In this document: one piece after another, positions 55,156 through 64,000 of the stretch | How positions within the stretch are numbered: position 1 is the first letter of the stretch | How the letters are laid out: each line of letters starts with the position of its first letter | Assembly: GCA_964016885.1 (NCBI GenBank) | Contig: OZ024743.1 | Location: forward strand, 286,564,001-286,628,000 | Direction of reading: 5' to 3' | Source of the DNA: Eledone cirrhosa | Lineage: Eukaryota | Length of the DNA stretch: 64,000 bases | Program-made: the position numbers and the translations under genes | Notes under the pieces: generated by a model | Seen by the model: the letters and a program-made list of their open reading frames with translations, nothing else | What the model was told of the DNA's origin: nothing | The model's database searches: none

Positions 55156-56156
55156 TACTCTGGTATCTCCACTGCTAGTGTGAGGTTAAGCAGAGGTATA
55201 TATGCTGGGAATTGATCCAGGAAATCTTTTGGTATGATAGTTTGAGAGTGAGGGCTGCACATGGACAAAAGAAGGTGGAGCAAATGTGGGGCAGGATGTC
55301 AGGGGCAAGTAGCTTGAAGTTGGTTAACAAGGTGTTTCTCTGGTGTCAGCAAAATTTTAGGTTGGTTTTCCTGTTGATGGATATTGCAGGTTGCTGCAAT
55401 ATGTGCAATCTCTTGTGGAAGCAATGTTGGCAGTAGCATCTCCTGGGGTGGTAAGAGGGTGTCCTTTCTAGGATACTTCATTTAATGTGGGGGGATGTTT
55501 CTTTCAACCTGGAGATTCCAGATAAAATTGAGACAAGGTGGTGGAATTTTCTCTGCTCCTGCACCTAAAAGAGTGTGTATGCTGGATAAATTTATCTTTG
55601 AACTCATTGGCTGGTTAGGCCCATATCATTTCTCTAAAACCCAGTGGATAAGGGAGTGCCAATCGATCCATATGGAAGGAACCTCTGGAAGAAAAAGACT
55701 ATTACCACCTCAACTCTACTTGTTTAGACTTTTATGTTTAAATAAATAAGATACACTTATTACTCACTTGGGTTGTTCAACTCATACTAGCATAGAAAAC
55801 ATAAAACCAGATCTTAAATCAGTAGGAGTCGTAACAGTAATAGTAGGGGTCATTATGATGATGATTTTACTCCAGTTATACATAGATTGTATACTTCATA
55901 CTTTTTAATGTCTTAATTTAAAACCAAACAGAAATAAATAAAAAAAAAAAAACAACATCAAATATAAATGATGTCACAAAGAAACTCTGAACAATTTTGT
56001 GAAAGTAAACTTTACAAGATTGAAAATTTATTAAGATAGTGAAAAAATAAGCAGAAACATATCTGAGTAATGTAAGTTAATGTTGTAAAATTGCAAGTGA
56101 AGTTTATGATGCTTTCCCCACTTCTTTGGCAGGAAATTTTAATTATTTTCATACAG

Positions 56157-56438
56157 CTAACGAATATTATTAGCACTGTTAAAATAAAAGTTCTCTTGCG
56201 AGCTGTGTCTGGGGAAATTACTACCAGAAGTTGTACTGTTGCTTTGAGCTAAAGAAGGAGGATATGAAGAGAATGGTGTTGTACTAGGTAAATGATAGGA
56301 CATTGACGACCGAGTCCAGTCATCTTTAAAAATTTGAATGGTCAGTTCTGAAACCAAGTTAGACAGACGGTTGTATACATGTGCCAAAACCATTTGCTCA
56401 TCTGCATCTCGACGAACTCGCACTTGTAAAGTCCCAGC
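56157..56438 (-). CDS. SLC30A6: SLC30A6 terminal exon (AGTLQVRVRRDADEQMVLAHV...FKDDW...NNIR*)
   Basis: ctttag acceptor, TAG stop at 56157; candidate AATAAA on the minus strand at 56027-56032. Confidence 0.93.
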   Translation of the reverse strand, partial: AGTLQVRVRRDADEQMVLAHVYNRLSNLVSELTIQIFKDDWTRSSMSYHLPSTTPFSSYPPSLAQSNSTTSGSNFPRHSSQENFYFNSANNIR

Positions 56439-59400
56439 CTAAAGGTTTTAAAGAGAAAGAAAAAATATTCCAATAGAAATGGCAGTTTTTCATATGTAAA
56501 ACACAGAAAAGTAAATAAAAAATGAATGAAGTTCATAATCCATCAGCTTGTAAGGGACATCACCTGAAAATTTCATCTGCATATATTGTACATAGGGTAA
56601 GTCAGCATGTTCTAAGTTCTCACAGTAGAATTTGAGTTCAATATTGTAAACATATGAAGTTCACTTTATCTTCATGGAACAGAATTGGGTGAAACAAAAC
56701 CTAAGTACTGGAGCTTTTCTTATGATCCAACCTCCAATATAGACATCTCAGCAATGCAAGTTAATGATATACTCACTCTCTCTATTTATATATAGGTAAA
56801 CTAGTTGAATATTTAGTCTTGGCCATATCACAGCAGATGGGAGATAAACAAACTGATAGTTCTATGACTGGAAGGTAACAGCCTTTTAACTCAACCAACA
56901 ATGACTTTACTGAGCACACAAACAAATGTAAAAAATAAAATTCTGGCTAACTTACCAAAACTCCAAAAGAAACAGTCCAAAAGTGTTCATGACGAAACTC
57001 AAGAACTCCATCTAAAGTAGAAGCTTCTCGGAGAAGTTTGTCAAGTTGACCTATTATGTGTGAGGGGCTAGTCTGAAATAATGAACAATAAAATTATATA
57101 TATACATATTTAGAAGAAAAAAGACAAGATCAAACTTCATAGATTTTATTTAATCTTACTATTAGTTGTTTGTTACATGCTTGCACAAAAATAAAAGCCA
57201 ACCCCGTAAAATTTGAGCTAAAGATAGGAAGCACTATAAAGTGAATACAAGACACCCATCATGAAAGATACTGAAAGAGTTATAGCACAACTAATTAGGG
57301 AGAGAATTAATGCAGATCAAATGTAGTTTGGTTTTGTACCAGGTAGAAGTGCCAATGGTATCCTTTTCCTTGTGAGACAACTGCAGGAGTACTAAGCTAA
57401 GAGTAAGCCCCTCTACCTAGCATTCATTGACATGGAGAAAACTTTTGACAGGGTACTTCTTTCCATAATCTGGTGGGCTCTTAGGGAGCTAGAGGTAGAT
57501 GAATGGTGAAGGCTGTACAAGCCATATGCAGAGGTGCAGTCAACATGTTTAAACAATGAGTATAGTTTAGCATGCAGGTTGGAGTCCATAAGGGTGCTGC
57601 CCTCAGCCATCTTTTGTTTATTATAGTCCTTCAGGTCATAAGGAAGAGTTTAAGACAGGCTGCCTGTAGGAACTTGTATATGTGGATGACGACTTAATTC
57701 TCATAGCTGAATCCACAGAGGAACTAGAGAAGAAATTCCAGACTTAGAAGCAAAAAAGAAGTGGGTAGAAATTTCATAGTGTGCAAAATGTAAAGTATGG
57801 GTACATAAGAGATGTTACAGGATCTTGAGGAAGCTAACAAATAATGTAGACTTTGTATGTGGTAGATGCACAGGAGCAGTAAGCAGAAAGAGCTTATATG
57901 AAACAGGCTCTATCAAATGCTCAGATGGCTCCCTAGAAATTGTTGATAGCTTCTGTTACCTAGGTGACCTAATCAGTAGTAGGGATGGGTGTTCTGAAAG
58001 TACAGTAATTAAAGTGAAAAACTGGTGGGAAAAGGTTCAGAGAGCTACTATCTCTGTTGGCTACCAAATGTTTCTCTCTCAGGATGAAAAGCAGATTGCA
58101 TGATACCTGTGTGAGAACTACGATGTTGCATTAAAGTGAGACTTGGGCCTTGAAAGCAGAAGATCTGTGAAGATTTGAAAGAAATGAGGCAAGCATGATG
58201 GATGTATAACAGCAGTGTGCATGAAAGAAGCAGTATCAAATGATCTTTGAGAAAAGCTGAGGGTAAGAGGAATCAGATGCAGTGTGCAAGAGAGAAATCT
58301 GCACTTGTGTGGACATGTGATGTGTATAGAGGATGGCAGCTGCATAAAGAAGTGTAGGGCATTCAAAGTCGCTAAAACATGTGGATAAAGAAGGCCTTGG
58401 AAAATATGGGATGATGTAGTGAAGGCTGACTATACGCAGCTGAACCTCACAAAGGAGATGGCACAAGATGGAGTTGACTAATTTATTAATTACAAAAATC
58501 ACATTGACACATGAGTGGAAAATCAAATTTTATTTCCAGTTAGCATTTTAGAAGCAGTCACATCATCTTTGTTTTTGACATCATTATCATTTTACTTCTC
58601 TTTTTCAAGCTAGCATGGGTTGAACACAACCTACTTCCACTTGGTGTATTCTTTCATCATCTCCTCTGTGAAGGTCAGTTTTGAGATCAGCTCTCACCAC
58701 CTCTGTCCAGATCTCTCACTACTGCAGCTTGCTTCCATTGGCATCACCTGACACTTCTTTGCCCAATAATCGTCCATATGCAATATGTCTATACCAATGC
58801 AGTCTTCTCTCTTGCTCACTAAATCTGATTTTTTTATACCCAATTTTTATCTGAGTTCATTCATGCTTCGTCATTCAAGTACATTAACATTACACATCCA
58901 ATGGAGCATGCTCCCTTCATTTCTCTTCAGCCTTTGTATATCCTCTGCATTTACCGTATCTCACGGCCATGGAATATCCCACTTCTCCTGCAGATCATAG
59001 AATCTACTCTTCACTCAGAGACAAAATCTCTTTATTGTCAAGAGAAGTATTAGCTGTTATATTAATACAAACTCACAGCCATTTCCATTGATTGGCTGAC
59101 TTACATAGAAAGTCAATTGGTAGATGTGATATTTAGATACAAACTTACCTGTAAAAGTATCTTGCCAGTATACATACTCATAGGAAACATTGTACCCCAC
59201 GTCATTAAAGCAATTGCTACAGCTGCCCAAGTATCAGCAGAATAGTACATTCTGAAAACATAAAAACAAAATATGTGTATGTGTTTGCATAAGATGATAT
59301 CATCATCATCCTTCGGCCTTGGTAGAAATAGACAATGATAGATCTCTCTACGTGGTTCTCTCATGGTAGTAGCTAGATCCTGAATGTGAAGACCAGCATC

Positions 59401-62400
59401 TTTGGCTATGGCTCTTTCTAACATCGACCACATTTACTATGAGGAACTAGGTGGTCCCATTATGAGGGTCTGGCCGTGCCATACCCTGCTCATAGCAGAA
59501 TAGTATTTTGGGAGTTGGGTGGTCTTGTTATGAGGGAGGTCTGGCTAGTGGCCATGCTGTACCTTGCTTATAGCGGGACCGTGTTTTAGCTGAATTTTTA
59601 TGGTTGCTGGATGTCCTTCCTAACACAACCACATTTAAAGCATGGAACTAGGTGGTCCTAGACATGAGGCGACTCTGGCCAGAATAATCTACTTTTTTAA
59701 AGTACCAAGTACTCAGTTACCCAGTTGGATAATGGTCTTACTTGACTAATATCTTATCTTTCACTCTCTATTTCTAAATGAGTGTATCATCATCATCATC
59801 ATCATCATCATCTTTGTTTAACGTCCATCTTCCACACTAGCATGGGTTAGATGGGAGTTGTCCCACTTGAGGCAAGGTTGGTCGGGTGACCGTGTCTCGC
59901 TCATATAGGACTATCTGGCAGGTTTTCTACGGCAGGATGCCCTTCCTAACACCAACCGTCTGTATATTTATATATAACCCATGCTAGCGTGGAAGATAGA
60001 TGTTAAATGATGATGATGATGATGTATATATATGAACTTATAACTTCTGGGGGACTTGTAGAGGAGCCACATTGACATACCTTTCTAGAGCATCTTTTAA
60101 CTTGGCAAAGACAATTTCCTCTGCAGGTTTGAATATAACAGATTTCTCCCAGAGAAGGATAGCGAGTGAGTGAAGGGAAATGAGAAAGAGATATAGAGGA
60201 AGAACTGGCCCCAGTACTTGAATGGTATTTTTTATATATATACATGCAAATTTAGCAAAAAACAATGTATTAGTAAGTAGGAAAGAAGACAAAGCCATCA
60301 TGGAAATGGCCATATTGATTATTCAGTACATCTATATTATCATGGTTAATCAACCTTCTGAAACGATTGTAAAACAATGAACTAAATTAACATGAAACCT
60401 TGCCTTTTTGTTTTGTTTTCATTGTTCAACCTAAATATATGACTCTGTAGCTGCCACAAAAACAAACAAAAAAACTCATATCACCTATTCTTGTTGAGGT
60501 TTTTACTTCTGTACTATATGGAATTCTAACAGAATTATTGGCCCTACCATAGACAGGTAAATACCAGTGTATATATATATATGATGAATTTCCACACAAT
60601 TTTTGTCTAAGAAATTGGACAACCTGGTGTTATGGTAGAACATGGTTGTTTACAGTGCCATATTGTGTAATTGATTTTAGAACCCCAGGGCTGTGAACTT
60701 CTTAACAACTGTAAGGTGGTTGTACTGGTGCCATAAGAAAAAACATTGAGTCCACCCCATAAGGTGGTCATGCTGGTACTATGGCAAATAAGCACCCAGC
60801 CTACCCTGTAAGGTGGTCATACAGGTGCCATGATGAAAAGCAGGCAGTCAACCCTGTAAAATGGTAGCTGTGGTGCCATGATAAAAGCTTCCAGTACACG
60901 CTGTAATGAGGTTGGCATTAAAAAGGGTTTCCAGCTGTAGAAAACCAATTCAAAAATAGATGGTATGAGCAAGACATGATCACTTGACCTCGTTAGCCTC
61001 ATAGCATGTCAACCCATCTAATCCACTAATCCAGACAAGTGTGGAAAATAGACATTATATGATGATGAAGATGACAATTTATGTTTTGCATGTAAATGGA
61101 AAGCAAAGAAATCCTCTACTGAAAAGCAGCATCAGTGACAGGAAATATCCTTTACTGGCAATCAAAACCAGGGTTTCTCACTATTCAGCTGTTTGTTTTG
61201 ACATGATGCTGCTCTTTGGCTTCACATTTTAATATAAACAAATACTGTTCTTTGGCTTCACATTTTAATATAAGCAAATACTGCTCTTTGGCATCACATT
61301 TTAATACAAACAAATACTGCTCTTTGGTTTTATATTTTAATATAAGCAAATACTGCTCTTTGGCTTTATATTGTAATATAAGCAAATACTGCTCTTTGGC
61401 TTTATATTGTAATATAAGCAAATACTGCTCTTTGGCTTTATATTGTAATACAGGTAAAATTCTGTTTATAACGAATACCATTATAACAAATTTTTCAGTA
61501 TAACAAAATTGTTTTCAATCCCCGGCCACATGTTCAATGTGTTAGGTTGATCTCATTATAAAGAATTTTTCATTATAACGAATTTTCCTTTATACCTCGT
61601 GAATTTTGTTATAACGGAATTTCACTATATAAGCATATTTGCTCTTTGGCTTTATATTTTAATCTAAACAAATACTGCTCTTTCTGTGTACTGGAAGCTT
61701 TGGTTTAATATTTTAAAATAAGTAAATACTTGAAATGAGCAAACACTGAATACTTACTTTGCATCAATGAGTATGTAGGTGCTGAAAAGAGCAATTCCAC
61801 CTGCAAATGCAATTAGAGCAAATGGATTCAGACGAGGGAGAAGGAGTTTACTCAAACCTGGTATCACATGGCATAAACTGTTAAAAGAAAATATAATTAG
61901 ATAATTCAGAGAATTTTACAAAATCTTATATGGAAATCTAAGGCAGAAAGCAAAACTATTGATAATAATTAGACCATTATATTATTTTTGTTTATATGTA
62001 ATACAATAAACCAACATTTTATAACATTCTGATTGTTGTTGTTTAGTCCCATGTCAGACCAATGATCAAAGACGATCCAGCCATGACCATCTCATCTCTT
62101 TTAGCGGTTGGAAGGGATTGCATAAAAAAACTATATTATTCAATGTGTTTTTTTCTTTAAGATGTTAGGGTGGAGTTTAGAGATTTCTAGCTGGTTCACA
62201 CAAGGTCTTCCTTATATTCATTTTTGGTTGTTTATCATTATTAATCATTTAATATATTTTTTTATAAATTTTGTACATTTAGATGGAATATATATTTGAA
62301 ATATAATGTATTTGTTATATAATGTTATATATATATATATTTATATAGAAAAACACATTCTATATACATGGTTATACAGCTATTGACATAATAATCAATT

Positions 62401-63571
62401 TTCCATGTTGATTATGCAATACGAATATGTATTTATCTTCCTACGTTTCACTGTCTCACAGCAACATGGTAGATTTGATATAACTAAATTTACAATATTT
62501 GGAATACATTCAGATATGAGGCACGATAGTAATACTTTTAATATAACAGTCACTAACATATTCAAATATATTAGTCTGATAAATATTATATCAGGTAAAA
62601 CATGAGATGTTCTGTATGGGAGAAAAATATATAGTTGTCCCCCAATATTCACGGAGGTTACGTTGCTAAAGCACCCACGAAGAGTGAAAAACTGTGAATA
62701 TTGGATGTGGTCCATAAAAATGCCGATAAACGTCAAAACATAGGCCAGCAAATACGGTATATTGTTATTGATAAGTTAGCGTTAAAAATCGTAAAAAAAA
62801 TATATATATATCGCTACGAAAAAAGTCATAAAAAATTCGCGGAAGATATTTACGATTCCGCGAATAACCGGACGGCGGGGGGTACACTGTATATAGTTTC
62901 AAGTAGAGACCTATATATAATTGTTTCTACTTTAGGCACAAGGCCAGCAATTACCCAGTGCATTACTGGTACTTTATTTTATCGACCCCGTAAGGATGAA
63001 AGGCAAAGTCAACCTCGGCGGGATTTGAACTCAGATCGTAAAGGGACGTAACTATGCTGGAAAGCAAGGCGTCCGACCCTCTACTGATACTGCAAATCCA
63101 CCGCTATATATAATTGCTTCTATTTTAGGCACAAGGCCAGCAATAACCCAGTACATTACTGGTACTTTATTTTATCGACCCCATAAGGATGAAAGGCAAA
63201 GTTAACCTCGGCGGGATTTGAACTCAGATCGTAAAGGGACGTAACTCTATGCTTCAAAGCATGGTGTCCGACTCTCTACCGATACTGCCAATCCACCACC
63301 GCTATATATAATATGTCCAAATGAACATTAAAAATATTGTGCGGTGACTATTAAAAAGTATTGAGTTGTGTCCCTTGAAGCTAAGGATGGTAACTTCTAA
63401 TGAAATTGTGACAAACAAGGCATTCACCTTTCACTCATATCTGTCATATGTTCTTGGAGCCAACTGGAACTAGAAGCAGCAACAACATGGTTCATTGCAT
63501 GATTGTTAATACCATATGTGACGACCATATGTACCACGAATGCTAAAATTGTACCAATTAAGAGACGGCCG
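56157..63571 (-). CDS. SLC30A6: Zinc transporter 6 (cation diffusion facilitator), 3' partial: last 5 coding exons; 5' exons lie beyond the window
   Basis: Exons 63571-63428, 61877-61758, 59251-59149, 57072-56956 and 56438-56157 are GT-AG with consistent phases. Translation GRLLIGT...SSSWLQEH...IPGLS.LLLPRLNPF...AIALMTWGTMFPMSMYTGKILLQTSPSHIIGQLDKLLREASTLDGVLEFRHEHFWT...VRVRRDADEQMVLAHV...QIFKDDW matches ZnT6. Confidence 0.95.
56956..57072 (-). CDS. SLC30A6: SLC30A6 exon (TSPSHIIGQLDKLLREASTLDGVLEFRHEHFWTVSFGVL)
   Basis: tttcag acceptor, GTAAGT donor, 117 nt. Confidence 0.95.
57255..59055. mobile_element. Two old RTE copies facing each other (57255-58470 plus; 58575-59055 minus)
   Basis: RT remnants (LYVDD, FCYLGD, WVHKRC) and RTE 3' remnants. 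Confidence 0.8.
59149..59251 (-). CDS. SLC30A6: SLC30A6 exon (MYYSADTWAAVAIALMTWGTMFPMSMYTGKILLQ)
   Basis: ttttcag acceptor, GTAAGT donor, 103 nt. Confidence 0.94.
61208..61685. repeat. 36-bp minisatellite (about 7+2 units) interrupted by a pogo-type MITE
   Basis: Unit AAATACTGCTCTTTGGCTTTATATTGTAATATAAGC; explains the repetitive ORFs 61185..61481 and 61216..61503. Confidence 0.9.
61451..61627. mobile_element. pogo/Tigger-type MITE
   Basis: TA-flanked; TIRs CAGGTAAAATTCTGTTTATAACGAA / TTTGTTATAACGGAATTTCACT. Confidence 0.75.
61758..61877 (-). CDS. SLC30A6: SLC30A6 exon (LCHVIPGLSKLLLPRLNPFALIAFAGGIALFSTYILIDA)
   Basis: taacag acceptor, GTAAGT donor, 120 nt. Confidence 0.93.
62632..62889. 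mobile_element. pogo/Tigger-type MITE
   Basis: Imperfect TIRs TAGTTGTCCCCCAATATTCACGG / CCGCGAATAACC...GGGGGGTACACTG|TA; CpG-rich. Confidence 0.55.
62912..63305 (-). mobile_element. Head-to-tail dimer of full-length tRNA-derived SINE (~195 bp each)
   Basis: Each unit has an A-box-like motif (TGGCAGTATCGG / TTGCAGTATCAG), B-box GAGTTCAAATCC, the core CCGAGGTT.ACTTTGCCTTTCATCC and a tail. Confidence 0.9.
63428..63571 (-). CDS. SLC30A6: SLC30A6 exon (GRLLIGTILAFVVHMVV...SSSSWLQEHMTDMSE)
   Basis: ttttgcag acceptor, GTGAAT donor, 144 nt. Confidence 0.92.
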
Positions 63572-64000
63572 CTGCAAAATAAAAAACAAATTAAAATAAT
63601 CAGAAAAGACCCCTTTCCAAGCAACTTATAGCCTGATGCTTGCTCTCTCTCTCTCATCTTACTCTCACAATTGCCACTCCGACTGGGCCAAGGACACAAT
63701 GAGCATCCAAATGTTGTAATGAAGTAGCATTGGTGACATGAAAGATACACCCATAACAAAAGCACTCAGTCTACCCTGTAAGGGTTGTACTGGTGCCACA
63801 AATCCATGAAGGAGTTGGAGGCAAAATTCTAGGCACAGACATGGAAAAAGAATCTGGAATCAAGGGGTCTGAAAGTAAGTTTGATGAAAATTAAGGTCGT
63901 GTGAGGTAGGAAGGAGGATAAGAACTGGATACTATTGGGAGGTAGTCTTGTTTGATATATCGAGGACGGGTGGGTGTACAAGAGATGTAGTGGGATTACA

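Noticed and set aside
55160-55745. Possible coding region between SLC30A6 and GDAP2
   Set aside because: Only short unrelated ORFs without motifs or splice support; probably a decayed repeat that I cannot classify.
61185-61503. Repeat-protein ORFs or a CRISPR-like array
   Set aside because: Contiguous 36-bp tandem units with no unique spacers, no cas genes and no splice support; it is a minisatellite.
62912-63305. tRNA genes suggested by A/B boxes
   Set aside because: No complete cloverleaf; the boxes are followed by SINE core and tail, and the unit is multi-copy.

Overview
AT-rich eukaryotic (animal) genomic DNA. The SINE and LINE repertoire resembles that of octopod cephalopods (inference). 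Two spliced genes lie on the minus strand and are almost invisible in the ORF track. (1) A complete GDAP2 orthologue (macro domain + CRAL-TRIO/SEC14) has 12 coding exons from 50307 to 2725; I reconstructed it by hand with GT-AG sites and consistent phases, giving 1512 nt and 503 aa. (2) The last five exons of a zinc transporter SLC30A6/ZnT6 run from 63571 to 56157. Most long ORFs are transposon-derived: at least 14 RTE-clade LINE copies in three subfamilies, a GC-rich Tx1/L1-clade LINE, CR1, CRE-like and Penelope remnants, a hAT transposase relic, mariner/pogo/piggyBac MITEs and two tRNA-derived SINE families. One RTE copy has an uninterrupted 743-codon frame. Most notable observations: a C4HC3 PHD finger inserted inside the RTE reverse-transcriptase domain; nested inverted LINE pairs bracketing the GDAP2 macro-domain exons (dsRNA/A-to-I editing and circRNA candidates, including a stop-free 297-nt circle); a SINE that swaps LINE tails and inserted next to a YADD motif; and a Tx1 element embedded in a (TATC)n microsatellite. 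No rRNA, true tRNA or CRISPR features were found. All homology calls come from recognition, not database searches.
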